Shown here piece after piece: positions 24,929 through 39,250 of a stretch of 64,000 nt of DNA (position 1 is its first letter; each line of letters begins with the position of its first letter). The DNA is taken from the NCBI GenBank assembly GCA_047495785.1, contig JBLDXI010000009.1, positions 3,348,001 to 3,412,000 of the forward strand, given 5' to 3'. The stretch comes from Lepidodermella squamata. Its lineage: Eukaryota; Animalia; Gastrotricha. The notes beneath the pieces were generated by a model, which was given only the letters and a program-made list of their open reading frames with translations, had not been told where the DNA came from and searched no databases. The position numbers and the translations under genes are program-made.

Positions 24929-27543
24929 ATTAACTGAGTAAATCTCGCAAGGCCGGCCATACTAGTCTCATGAATGGCGAGAAACACCACGGCACTTATC
25001 GCAGTTCGGCGCTATATAATATCGGAATAAAAATTATTTTTAGTTATTACACAGTAGGCATAATTATTTATCGAATTATTGGTGCGAAAAGATAAAAAAA
25101 TGTTCGGTGAACTGAAATGAGGAGACGCAAAGAAATTGGTGACCAAAACATATGGGCCTTCTATTAATAGCTGCGATGAGGAGGCGATAAAGCGTGAAAT
25201 TTGTTTAAAAATCTTCCCCCAACTGCGAAGACGAGAACAATGGAATATTATGTAATATCGTAAATTGACGTATTTACAGCAAGAAATCGTTTCTGAAGCC
25301 GCGATTTTTTCGCGTATATAAGGTCGCTTTTATTAGATTTCTGACAGACGATGATGATTAGTACCCGCTAGGACCGAGGGACTCGCGTTGGAACCCCAGC
25401 GGAGCGCAGGCTCTTTGTTATTTGGAAATCGTATTTTTTGAGATGACTAACTTTCCGCGGGCACGCGCAGATATGACCTATATATAATAAAATCGCTGTA
25501 AAAATTTCTCCTCCATCAACTTGTCTGTTGAAATAATTAGCTAGACAAATGTGGTGGGCCACGGGGCAGGAATTTTCAAAAAATGAATGCAAAGATATTT
25601 TGAAATCAGCACTGCCTATAACCTCCTGGGATAGAAATGATATATATGCGCTCCCACGAATTATTCCACGCCAGCCGAATTGCAGCTGAGACATAAATAT
25701 ATGCGAGCTAAATTTATGGAAATTTCACAAAGAAAAAACAAGCATATGCGTCGAATTATAAGCCATTTTTATTCAAAATAATCCCACCACAACTTTTCCC
25801 GAAACCAGTCGATTTTGAGGCTATTTCGAGGTTTAATTATAAAGTAAACATTCTCTTTTAGGAAGTGCGTTTTTTGTAATGGATAAAAGTACGTTGCCCC
25901 CGTTACCACCGGTAATAAAGTACAGGAACGAACAGATGCCGGCACACATGGTGCTATTTTTGTCTGCGTCAAGGAGTTCCCCTGGGCACGTCTAGGTATA
26001 TGAACGAAAATCGAACGAAAAAATGAATGAAAGGCATTGTTATAGACTAAAAATAGACATGATATGAATATCTCACTTCGCCGCGCCGTTTGGGGGCCAA
26101 ATTTGGCTCAGAAACTTCACGTCACGTTTCATTAATAAAGTCAGCAGTCAGCATTCATCGATAAATTATGGCCGCTATTTTCGTTTCTTCTCGGCGTGCA
26201 TTGGCAACGAACGCAGAATTTGACAGCTTATTCATATTACAAGCAGTTTTGTCTAACATTACTGCATTGAGTGTAGAATGTCATAGGTACTCGTCTAATG
26301 GCCGTTTACCGCGTTCGAATTTTCGCACCTTTTTCAATCGTTTTAGCATGAGTGCAAACGATGCCTATAAAGTTAGACTGAGAGAAAAAATAGGAGTATG
26401 GTTTAGGAATTTCGAGATAAATGAAGAAATTGGAAACAGGATCCTATTACAAAACCCCGGATATCATGCGCGGTGAGGTAATTAGAGGATATATATCACG
26501 CTCACATGTGACTGATGAGTTGGGACGACTTCAAACCACGAGCGAAGTAATTTCCAGATTATAATAATGCTAACTAAGAAATCTCCCCCACTTGACTTCT
26601 AAGCCACTTGCAAATTGCTTCCCGATAACGTTCGAATCATTTCAAAATCCAGAACAACTCGTCCTTTTGAACTTTTCGAATTCAAGTCGGAAAAAGAATT
26701 TCACTCACACGTTATGACGTGAAATGTTCTCTCTGGCGGAAGCTTTCACCGTCTCTACATCATGGCGTACCTGGGGCACGTGTCTAGATAGCCAATGTTG
26801 GGAAATCACGCTTTTGATTTTGAAAGCGTTCATCGGTTGATCTTAATTTTAGGTACACAAAATCGAAAACACTTCCGTCAGTGTTTTTATTTGCTTTTAG
26901 ATGTCATGGAAATATGATTTGTTATCAAAGATCGCGCAGGTCTTCGAAGGATCAGTCTTTAAGATATTCGATACTGCGGTGGTGAAATCGCTGCTGAACG
27001 GAAGAAGGAACGCGTCATTAGCTCGCCCCGCCGTATCATTACTCTAATTTTGCGTCGAGTCGAAAAACAACAGCGTTTTAGTGATTATTAAAGCGCGACA
27101 CGTTGAGAGTAGAGGCGCCGGATGCCGATCAACGTAGCGCAAGTATAGCTGCGACTGCTAAAATGACTCGGGCATTGATTTTTAAGAGCGTTAATGATAA
27201 CAAACAGGCTTTTTACAGGCGCCAAAGTTATGCCGCATCGTCATTATTATAATCGAGTATCATCTTTCAACTGCTGCCTGTCATTATTATTATCATCCAT
27301 CAGCCGAATAACACCTACTCGAGCTTCAATCTAAAATATGTGCCGTTTCATCTCTTTTTTCCTCACCCACTGACTGCTCACTTTTTGCTATCAACTCGAC
27401 TCCAACGTAAGTGAGAGAGCATAAAACAAATTCGCACGATTTTCACCTACTTACTATTATAAAAACGCAAGATTATGGCAATATATTTCTCGAACTAAAC
27501 AACTGCTGTTAATTTCAACCGCTGATAATCTCACCTGTAAATA

Positions 27544-29077
27544 ATGGGTTCGTGCCTTTCGGGCCCAAAAGCTCCTGTCGTGGAGGACCCTTACAAAGAG
27601 AGTAAGAATGTCCTATATTTTTAAAACTTCCTCCTTAATAATTTTTATTTCAGTTGATTTTTATAGTTTCAACCTACTGCGAGCAATCGGTCGCGGTGCG
27701 TTCGGTAAAGTATGTATCGTCGAGAAGAAAGATTCGAAAAAGCACTTCGCCATGAAGTACATGGCTAAAGACATATGCATCCAGTCTGGCTGTGTGAAGA
27801 ACGTTATCCGCGAGTTGGAACTGTTGAAAAAACTCAGCCACACCTTCATCGTCAATCTTTGGTTTTCGTTTCAAGACGACGAAGACCTTTTCATTGTTCT
27901 CGATCTTATGCTAGGCGGTGATTTGCGCCATCATCTAACGCAGAGTAAGTTCTAGAAGGTCAAAGTTCAATAGGAAATCAAGAGTTGAAATTTGATATTT
28001 TCAAACAGAGGTCAGATTCAATGAAAAAATGGTTAAGCTTTATATAGCCGAGTGCGGAAGTGCTCTGGACTACTTACGCTCCATTAACGTGGTACATCGT
28101 GATATTAAACCCGACAACATTTTGCTAGACGAGAATGGTCATGTATGTTGGCAGATTTCTATTTTTAGCTGAATTTAAGTGATTTTTGTAGGCTCATTTG
28201 ACGGACTTTAACGTCGCCGTCCTGTTGGAGGATGGCAAAATGGCTCACGGAGCGTCCGGAACGCGGCCCTACATGGCTCCTGAAGTATTCAGGTGTTACA
28301 TAGACGAAACCTCAGTTTACGCATTCCCGGTCGATTGGTGGAGTCTCGGCATCACAGCTTACGAGCTACTCCGCTACAAACGCCCCTTTGAGATTCACTC
28401 AGACACATCGACCCACGCGGTTTTAGAGCATTTCAACAAGCCCCTGGAGGTTTCAACGCATTGGTCGCACGAATTCGCCGATTTACTCGTGCGAATGTTG
28501 GCGATTAATCCGGACAAACGGTTGTCAACTCTCGACCAGCTCAAAGCTCATGCGGCTTATAAAGACACTAATTGGGAGGAAATTATGAAAAAAGAAACGA
28601 AGCCGTTGTTTGTACCTAAGAAAAACGAACTACACTGCGATCCCGCCTACGAGCTTGAGGAGATGATTGTCGAGGCTCGACCTCTACACGCGAAAAAGCC
28701 GAAGAGCAAAAAGGGCAAGCCGGTGAAGAAGGGGCAGGTGACCCCGGACAACCCTAACGTAAGACAACGCCTCATCGATTTTCCACCCTTGAGTGCATTT
28801 TTGATTACAGGATCCTTTCCAGTTGGGATTGAAACGCCTCGAAAAAGACTTCGTTATCTTCAATCGATTAAAGTAATTTTCAAATTACGCGCGAGTTGAT
28901 ATGATGAATGATCATTTTTCTAACAGGGAAACAGCTGACAAGGGTCAAAAATCGAACCGGCCTGATGTCGTGCCAAATACGTCAATCAACGGTACTTCTT
29001 CGGGTGAAAACGAAACAAATAAAACCCTGAAAACCATTATAGAGCCAGGAGCGTTCAACTCTGTGGCGCCAGTTTAG
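27544..29077 (+). CDS. STK32: Serine/threonine kinase 32 (YANK family)
   Basis: Multi-exon. Starts MGSC (possible myristoylation). Motifs: [39 protein letters not shown], the family-typical [38 protein letters not shown]. Confidence 0.92.
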
Positions 29078-29731
29078 CCAACCGCAGTCGGCTCCAACAC
29101 AAAAAATAACCACGTTCCACAAAATTTTCACTGGCTCAAACGTTTACCTTCATTTCTTTTTACTGTGTGACTGCGGTTGTGCTGATCTGAGACAACTATT
29201 TTATTCGATTTTTTTTATTCTAAAATTGTACATATATATATAATATTATGACAAATTTATAAATAACTATCGCATGTTATCACAGTATAACCAGCAACAA
29301 CTAAGATGAATGTTTGGCATCGCGCAGTCCAAGTCAATCAATTGTACAGAGCATTATTTCTCTTGGCTTTCTCATCATCATCAATCTTCAACAGCGATAA
29401 ATAGGAACAGGTAAAGACATTATCTTGATTTCATCACAACAAGCCCATTTATTCGCTATTAGATTACTGGAATGTAATTGTGGATTAGAATGTCTATGAT
29501 TTTTTTCAACTATTTTTTTGTTGTGCTCGTCTCTTTGCATCTGCTAAGAAAAGACCAGTATTTTTGTATGACGAAGCTATTAAGTTCTTTTGCTCGATGA
29601 TGTTATAAAATATATATATATGCGAGAGCATCATCAACGGACGATATTATTACTATGGAAAAAAATTATGAATAAAATTGCGCTGATTTTCTCTTCATTA
29701 TAGGTAACAAAATTTGGACGTTTTTTTTATA

Positions 29732-31972
29732 TCACTTTTTTACGGCAGCTGCTGGCGGCGCGGGAGGTTGCTGCTTCGCTTTGCGGCTTTGCAACTCGTC
29801 GTCGATTAATTTAGCGATAGCGCGTCGCTCCATTGCTCGCGCCTGTTTTGCGAAATTACATGTCACATGTTTTGCTATAAATTTCCTAAAATTACTACTC
29901 ACCATGTCGAGGGCTGTTTTGCCGTAGCTGTTTTTAATGCCTACATCCGCACCAGCGTCGAGGAGTACCTGAACCAGGTTCGTGTGGTTGTTTACCGCTA
30001 ATTCATAAAAAGACACAGGATATTAAACAAGAAACCTCGCTGACACGCACACAAAAAATCTCAGGGACAGAGCTAAGTAGGTCATATTTAATTTTAGCAT
30101 ATTGTGCTAAACGGAAGAAATATAACGCCAGAGTTAAATTTCCTGTACGTTATGCATTAGGATATTTTTTGAATAAAAATATGTCCAGAAAAACAAAGCG
30201 GCATATTCAAGGCTAATGTTTTTCAACCTGGGCCTGCCTAAAAACCTAAATTTAAGCTCAATCAATCAATTAGGAAAATTCTTCATTTCAGACGAATAGG
30301 CTGGAAAAATTTCGCAAAAAATTCTTTTAATTTTTCAAATTTATTGCACGTAGATACTACTTGAAATTTCGTCGAAATTCTTTGGGAATTATTTGATCCG
30401 ATTATTTATTAATCCTTTTCTCAAATCGAATAATAAAAATCTGAAATTTTCGGGTGGTCATTTTGGAGCTTCTTGGTGTGATCTTTTTGCACAAATTATG
30501 AATCATCACTATGCAAAAAAATGCAGCGATGATTCATAATTATTAGCTCTTGTTCACACTAAGTTAATAAATATTCAAAATTGTGTCCCGCTTGCTGGCA
30601 AATTTGGTTTCATTCAAAAAACCAAATTTGCCAAAACCCAAAAACCATGGAAAACGTCGCAGAAATGTTTAAGAAATAAATTGAATATTTATCAAAAAAA
30701 TGGAAATATTTGAAAAATATTAAAAAAAGAAACAAATTAGCTCCCTCGAAAATTAAGCCCAAATTTCAATTTTGTGTTCTAAAGGAAAATTTTAGATTAT
30801 GTTTATCGTGTGGGTTCATACATGTCTAAATGGCTCTTCGACTCCTATTTCAAGACATTTTTATAGCATTATCAATCCCAGACCGCCTACATTTTTTCAT
30901 GCAAGCTCGCTCCTACATAATTAATAATTATGAAATCTGCACGTGATTTATTTGCGTTGATTGACGGTGCCAAAAAAAGCGTAGAAAAATTATTTTACCT
31001 GCAGTCATCAGCGCAGTTTTCCCGTCCTTGTCCGTAACATCAACGTTAGCTTTACGCCGAATGAGGATCCTCGCCATATCGGCATTGCCGGTCACCGTCG
31101 CCAGCCGCAGCAACGGCGTCCAGCCCGTTGTCGAATCGGCAATGTTAGCATCAGCACCATTTCGCAGCAACCACTCGATAAGCTCCGTGTTATTCGAATC
31201 AACCGCCCAGTGAACCGCCGTTGAACCGCCGCGGTCGCACAGCGTTAGCGACGCGCCGCGTTCTGCTAGCATTTTAACAACGGGAATTTGACCGGCGAAG
31301 CACGCCAGCATGAGCGCCGTCTTGCCGGCCTCGTTTTGATGATCGATTTCGGCACCGCGATCGATTAAACACTCGACAATATCCACATAGCCGCGCTGGC
31401 TGGCTTGCATTAGCGGGGTGAAGCCATACTTATCGGTTACATGAATCGAGACCTCCCTAAGCAAACAATACATTAGTCATAAAAAAAGTCGGTCAAATCG
31501 ATATTTCTACTTGGTGTCTAGAATTTTGTTTAGTCCAACGAGGTCATTTGCGATGATGGCTTTATGAAGATGCTCGCCTGTTAGAGGTTCGCGAATAGTT
31601 TTGACGGTAGTGACCGCACTCCAGTCTGAATTGATATCTTGCGACACGGTGAAGCGCAACCGGTATCGATAGCTTTCTTGAGGGTGAAGATTTTCGCACG
31701 AATGAGTTTTCGCAAAACCACTGAAAAACGGTCAAGATTTTTAAATAATCGCAAGAAATAAAAAATACATACGCGTAAATATTAACCCATTGGCCTTGCT
31801 TGTCCTGTTCCTGAAGCGTTACCTTGATTCGCTCAGCATTTTTGAGACGTCGCGAAACTTTCTTCTCAGCCTCGGCTAGGCATTCCTCCCAGTAGAGTTC
31901 GATTGAGCAGTGAGTAACTTTTCCAACCACGGGCGGGTCAGGTTTCGGCAGTAGGTCTGTATCGTTCATCAT
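29732..31972 (-). CDS. FANK1: Fibronectin type III and ankyrin repeat domain protein 1
   Basis: [18 protein letters not shown] and YRYRLRF...SDWS (FN3), followed by ankyrin repeats ([23 protein letters not shown]). The start could lie upstream at 32101. Confidence 0.9.
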
Positions 31973-34698
31973 GGCTGTTTTTTTCTGTGAGGTCATACGA
32001 CTGAGACTGAGGCGGTTGCTCGATTCCGTACGAATTAAAATTTGCTTCGCAGCCGCTTTGTTAATCTCCTCATTTTTAACAGCTTTCAATAAATCGGTCA
32101 TTTCTGCCGCTTAAATCACGCCTACAGAATACGGAGCATATTATAATAGAACAATAGCACAATAATTAATGCGTTTATACGGGACTCAAGTGCGCCCGAA
32201 GAGAAATGAGCAACATACCTCGCCATGCTTTCCTACGATATCGCGAATCACTGCCAATATAATAGCTAAAACCGCTCCTTTTCACAACGTTGCCAAGTAA
32301 TCGCCGTCTAGCAGGAAGATTGCACGTCTACGTCGAATAACGATTTTTCCCGATAGCAAGAAATCAAGCTCGATAGCGGAGCGGAAATGAAACGAAAATA
32401 CCAACACAGCCGTAAAATGAGCTAAGGAACTTTTGAATTAAACCAAATAACTATCGCGCTATTAATGCCTGCTAAATTTTTTACAGCCACTTTAAATACT
32501 GCCCGCGCAAAGCATAAACGCTGAAAGTTTACCAATACCAACAGTCAATAATTTTTGCTGGCTCATCTGAATGCACATCGGATAGCATTAATATTTCAGC
32601 ATAAATAATCTAATAAATATGCTCACATGGTTCATGTCGCGTCGAAGTGCGCACTCTCGATGGCAACATGCGAAGACTCAGCCATAAACATCACCGGCGT
32701 TTGTGTGAAAGTAGAATGTATGAGCAAGTCGGCAAGTGCATTGCCAATAGAATACTTGACAGTTTAAATAGACATTTGAATGTCTGGGTGGTAAATTTTT
32801 GCACACAAAAAATCATGAATGCCCTGACTTTGACCCTTCTCAATGCCGAGGAGAAGTCGACTTCTGCACCGCGCCTCTTTTAGCTAGCTATCGTATTCCT
32901 TTTTAGTTGAATGGCTCGCTTATAACGCCACCTTTTACCTTGGGTGAAAAAGAATAAGCAAGGGAGAAATTGGGTTTTTTCTAGAAATATTAACACATGA
33001 TAGGTATAATAAAATGAATGAACGACTCGCCGAGGTCAAAAATGCCGCTGCCATTTATTCGTGGCGAGTTGGCCATTAATTGATCTGAAAAACTGGTACT
33101 TGCGGAGTAAAGAGGCGTTTGCAAAGATTTGACGGTATTCACTTCCCAAATAGCAGCAATGCTAAATAGACTATCATTATCTCGCGGGTTGCGCGCCCGA
33201 AAATTTTGCCAGAAATAGAAACAAGTGGTGTAATGTTTTTGATGCGCAGAAAACCATTTCTTTCTGCGCATCAAAAGCACGATCAGGCTATTTTAACGAT
33301 TTCAAAGATCAGGCCGCGAATGACTTGGTGACGATGCAAAGAAGTTAATTTTACGTCATTTGTTTCTATTTCCGGCACACTTTTCTGGCGCGCAACCCGC
33401 GATATGGTTATTCTCTTGGTGGTTTTAAATTAGTGAGTAGTAAATAAAACCTAAATGGAGGCATCCTTAAATCAAGAGGAATTATGGTCCAAAAGGCACA
33501 AGTAGCCTGCCGTAAACAGATAGTTATGCTGACGCAATAAATACGCAGAAATGAGCTATCTCAAGTTGATGAATCTGATAAATTGATGATACACAAATCG
33601 TCCATCAAAGAATATAAGACTAATATTCGGGAGTGAAAATCTTGAAATTACGACCGAATTGCCCGATAAGAAGAACGCAATTGCCTACATTCAGTCGATA
33701 TACTCAGTTCAGAAATGTATATTCAGTCGATAGGCAAAGCACCTGGTCATCGCGGAATCGCACCAATGCTCACTCACCAATGATATCCTACACATGTTAC
33801 GACGCAAAACCATGGCGACAATGGCAGTGAAGTCGGTATCAGCTATCATCATGCTTGGTGCCCACTGGCGCGGTTCCACGATGCCCGTGTGATACTTATG
33901 ATACATATGTGATGCAAAATAAAACAAAAAATCTGCAAAAATTGTACCTAAATGTTCGATGATTTCACCCCAATGTTTAACGCTCAGTCTCCCAGCCAGG
34001 TGGAAGTTTCATTCCAGTGCGTACAGAATATTTAGTGGCCACTGGCTATCGACAGGCAGCCTATTGGGTACCCAGTTGCTGGAAGCTGCTGGTAAGGACG
34101 CGTTGCCACGTGCTTATCGGCAACCTTGAACAAAATTGAAAATGTTGACTATTCAGTTGATCACAAATTGCATGAAAATAATCTTTATAAAATTTAACGT
34201 ACTATTGAATTTTAATTTATGTGAAAGAATTTTTATGGTGATTTTGGCGCCATAAAGATTTTCGAAAACCAAAGAAGAAACCTAGAATTGGCATCGCAGC
34301 TGTAGCATTTGGGCCTTGGGACTTTGGACTGATCATCTTGTTTAAAGCCAAAGATACTTATCTTGTCTCGGTGATAGCTCAATTAGAATAATCAAATCTT
34401 CAAAACCATTAAGTGTTTATTTCCCATTATTTCTGGTGTCCTGCGTTGGATCGCTGTTTTCTAGAATGTTCAATGTTCCTCGCATTTCTTGTTCATGACG
34501 GTCACAATTTCAAGTTGCAAAATAGGAGAGATGTCTGTCCAAATTCATTGAATCCTTTCGAGTTCTTGTGATCTGCTGATCTGATACTCATCTTTTATTT
34601 CATTCTGCTTTTCCGCTGGTGCCGAAAAATACAACAGAAACAAAAGCAGCTTAGGTCTTGGGTGTCTAATTTATATTCATTTAAATTTATCTAGTGTC

Positions 34699-37600
34699 AT
34701 GCTTATTTTGTATTTCACTCTTCTAACTTTGCTAAGCGTTGTTGGTTTGTCTGAGCAAGCGGAGAGCAAACGGCATGTCGAATTCCCGGCTACCCTCAAC
34801 GCCTTGGGATATCGCGTAGAACCCCTTATTGGCAGTCATTCTCTCGCAAAATACGAATATGAGCAGGCAATGGGGGCTTTCCGAATTCCAAGAGGATACG
34901 ACCTCACGCTTCGTATATACGGCACTAATATGAGCGTATATAATAGCGTCGCATTTACGAGGCGTTCTACTGCTGGCTCGAATACTTCAGTAACTTTTTG
35001 CGACAAACTCGGCCATAGTCGTGCCTTCCCGCTGACTCCTGAATACGATGGAGGCATAGCTCGCTCTGCAGTAGCAACAGTTGTTTTTGACACAGATTCT
35101 TCTTCGCACGATGTGACCTATTATTTCTGCCTGGAGCACAACGCCACTGATGCCTTCGTTCATCAAGGAGATAAACTGGTAGTTGTGGCATATCATCTGC
35201 AGCCTTATGTATTGCCTCTGCCCCTGCAACTATGTATGATTTGTTTTTGTCTGACGCTGTCTTGGATATTCAGTGGTCTCAATTTGGGTTTAATGTCCCT
35301 GGATTGTACTGAGCTTCAATTGATCCAGCGATGTGGTTCTGATGACGATAGACGGTTTGCAAAAGCGTTAGAGCCTATTCGTCGCCGAGGTAATACGTTA
35401 CTATGTACCATTCTTCTTGCAAATACGATCGTCAACTCAAGTTACACGCTGCTTTTGGACGATATTGTTGGAGAAGGCTTATATGCCCTTATCGGTTCAA
35501 CTGTTGGCATTGTTATTTTCGGCGAAATCCTACCCCAAGCAGTCTGCTCCCGATATGGTCTCAAAGTCGGTTATTACACCAGGTGGATCGTCATGTTCTT
35601 CATGTACGCTTTGTATCCGCTCACAATGTCGATCGGACGCCTTTTAGACATTATTTTCGGGCACGAAATTCATCAAGTTTACAGCCGAGATAAACTCCGA
35701 GAAATTGTGATGATGAGTGCCCAAGTCGACGCAGACGGCTCCGTTTCAGGGGCTGGCGACGTTTCTGGGGGTCATCTACGTCCGGAAGAGGTTAAAATTG
35801 TAACAGGAGCTCTGCAAATGAACGAAACTACCGTTAAAGACATTATGAAGGGTCGAAATGAGATTTTCATGCTTGATATTACCGAAGTTATCGACTATGA
35901 TCTCATTGCGTTAATTGCTCGAAATGGTTATACTCGCATTCCGATCTATGCTAATGGAGATCGTGATAACATTGTCGGACTTCTAAACGCCAAAGATTTG
36001 CTGGGAATTGATCCCGAGGATAAATTACCGCTTAACTCTCTTATCGAGTTCTACGGCCGTGAGGTTATTCGAGTCGAGGAAGATCGCACTGTTTTAGCTA
36101 TGTTGAATACTTTCAAAGAAGGTTTGTGATACATTTCTTTAATTTGACCGATATGACAGTTATGTTTATTCCAGCCAAGGTTCATTTAGCGATAGTCGAC
36201 CACGTGGACTCAGGCTCGGAGGACCATGACCCAGTTCGTCATATCGTTGGTGTTGTCACGCTGGAGGATGTTATCGAATTTATTCTACGCGACGAAATCG
36301 TCGACGAAACTGATGTTTTGAAGGACGTTTTGCGCCACGAGGAACAGATGGAACGAGCTGTTGGCATCCAAAACACCGGCCACCCGTCTCATTTCATGGG
36401 CGATCATGCTGAGATTATGCCGCAGCAACTGTGCACAGCAGCTACACAGTTTCTTCTTGCTAGTAAGTTTATTTTTCTAATTTAGAATAAGTTGATAATT
36501 TATTTATTTATAGATGTCGAGCCGTTCCGAAAAGAGGTTGTTGAACGCAAGGTTTTGGCTCGTCTGCTTCGTTTCCCTGGGCTGTTTGTGATTAAGAAGT
36601 TCAAACCGGAGTCGCAACATGAAAATATTCTTTACTCGATCGAACAACAATCAGACTTTTTCACGCTGATTCTTCAGGGCACTTGTCACGTTTACATCGG
36701 CCGCGAGCGCCTGCCCTTTGAAGCCGGGCCGTTCCACTTTTTCGGACTGGAGGCACTTGCTGTGCCTTACGAGCAGCATCACACGAACGAAAATAGCACG
36801 CCCACCAACCGCAACCGTTCCGACTCGTTGACGAGCGTTTCGCCGAATTACTGCGCCGAGCTCACCGTATTCCGGCCCGACTTCACCGTCGAAATCACCA
36901 GCGATGTGCAATACGTGCGAATGACCCTTACGATGTACCGCGCCCTGGTCAGCGTCAGCCGCCTGGCTCGCCTCCTCAACAAATGCGACGACCCGGTGTT
37001 TGTTGTCGATAAGTTGCGGCTGGAGATGCAGAACCATCTAGCGGTATCGCCTAGCCCGCTATCAACGCCTCATTTTTTAGCCTCGGCGAACGGGTCGGTC
37101 TACAACACGGCTCAGCACTACGTTGGATCGAGCAACAATTCGCAGACATTCAGGCAAAACTCACTGGTACCAAACGTGCCGTCGACGGCTTCTTTGCTGA
37201 AACTCGCGAATTTGAAACGCGGTTCGATCACGAGCGGGACCCCCGATCGCCAATTTTCATGTGTTGAATTCATCAAACCGCAACGACCTGCGACGGCGCT
37301 GAACGGCAAGGGCGGTCGCGATTCTTCGGCTATCCACTCGCGTTCCGGTTCACTGGTCGGAATCAACCGTTTTCTATCAGAAATGCCGATGAATACCAAC
37401 CCGAATCACACATCGCCGTTGTTGAGCAAACGATTTTTGTCGAATTTACAGAGCAACGAGGACTTATCCGGCAGCGAGTCGAGTCGAGCTGTCCCGAACG
37501 GCGGGGCTGGTTTTGTAGTCGGCAGCAGTCGCAGTCTGCTGCGACAGTCATCGAATCAACCAAGTATGGCCTGGCCTAATGTTGGGCGCCCTCCACATGT

Positions 37601-38628
37601 TTTAACGCAGGGCTCTTATAATTTTTTACAATTTTGGAGAAACTTTCCAATTGCTCAAAATTCGAGGAACAGTTCGCCTTCTACTAAAATTGATTGACTA
37701 TAATAACTCACCGCTTTCATAAAACAGAAACAAACGTTCAATCATTTGTATTTATGAATATGCATTCTAGTCATCAATTCAGATTTTTTCGATTATTTTT
37801 TTTATAATTAACCAATGCTCATTCCAGCGTTGTTTTGTGATTCAAAGATAGCACTTATATTTACAAGAATAAATTCTTATTTTTCGTGTTGATATTTCTG
37901 TTAGTTTTTTTGCTTGCATGTTGTAAGCTTTTGGGGCTTGTCGGCTTGGAAATTTCTAGATAAAATAATATTTGCATTTAATTCGAGTAGAAAAATCCAA
38001 TTTTAATTGATAAAAAATTTAACTCAAAATCAATTATGGAAAAATGCTTGCGCGATGAATTATACATTTTAAGGCGGATTTTTAATAATTTTTATCGGCA
38101 AATTTAATTCGAAATTAATCATAGCAAAGTGGCGGCTTGCGCCGATAATGACATTTTAACGTGGATTTTTCATATATTTTTCCAAATTTTTCAGATGACC
38201 ATCATCGAATGGAAACTGTGCCTAGACGAGAGTTGCATCAATCCAATGGCCAGAGAAATTTAACAGCTGGCGAGAGTCTTCCAAACAGCCCAAATCGACC
38301 CGAGAGCCGGCAGTCTGAGGGCGTTTCCGAACCTGGCGTTCGGCTTCGAAACGGCAATAGCCAATGCGAACAAATGCCGCTGTTAATAATTCGCCAGCCC
38401 TCGAGTAATGATACCTCACTGTCGCCGAATGAAACGATGTCAAACAGCAACGGTCGTAGGAGAAATCGGCAGAATGGCAAGGCGGCGAATGGGGGCGACA
38501 AGGCGCGGCTGAAAGTGCCGCCGGTTTTTCTATCGGACACATCTTCCACGTCGTCGGATCAAATCGTTAGCGACGACGCGCTTTCGCTTGATTTCAACAA
38601 CATTGGCGCTGCTTTTTCGCAAATGTGA
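34699..38628 (+). CDS. CNNM: CNNM (cyclin M) Mg2+ transport protein
   Basis: Signal peptide; DUF21 (FSGLNLGLMSLD, LLCTILLAN, IVIFGEILPQAVCSRYGL); CBS pair (GYTRIPIY, GVVTLEDVIE); CNBH-like domain (DFFTLILQG, FEAGPFHFFG). Last exon 38195-38628. Confidence 0.93.
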
Positions 38629-39250
38629 CCTGTTTTAAAAAAATGGATTTTTTTGCTCAAGCGGAAACATTTTTATCATAATTTCACTCTTGGATGCATC
38701 TCGTCTGTGGTATAAATGCATTATTATTATCAATTTCAGCGCGTTTTTTCCGGGAAATATTGCTCTTCATTGAAAAATGCTTTCACTATATCTTGCGGTG
38801 TTTTTATTGCTCGCAAGTTTCAAGCTCAATTCAGTAAGTTTTAGACGATCTCGATGAGATGATGAAATAGTACATGGAAATATTCAATATTATGCAACTA
38901 GCGCTTTGTGTTTTTATACGTCTTATATATTCCTGCTTTTGTTTATTTCTCTCTTTCAAAGCGGCCAAAAGCGCAGACTGTTTCTTGTAATATCATCACA
39001 ATTTTGCTGTTTTTCTTTTGTTTATTCTACAGCTCGCTGGGTGACCGATGCAAAAATAATCGGGAATATTGCCTTTCTGTGACATTCGCTTTATTATTAT
39101 AGTAGTATATTATATTATAATTTGTGTAATTTTCGCGGCTCAAAATATGATGACCTGAAAACATTGCTCAGAAAGAAATGAAAACGGAAAAATAGCGGTT
39201 TTTCATTGAATTATTTTTCGAAATTCTAGTGAGTATTATATCGCGAAAAA

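Noticed and set aside
33650-34130. Small gene between FANK1 and CNNM
   Set aside because: The composition is exon-like, but there are only short ORFs with no recognisable motif. It may be UTR or non-coding.
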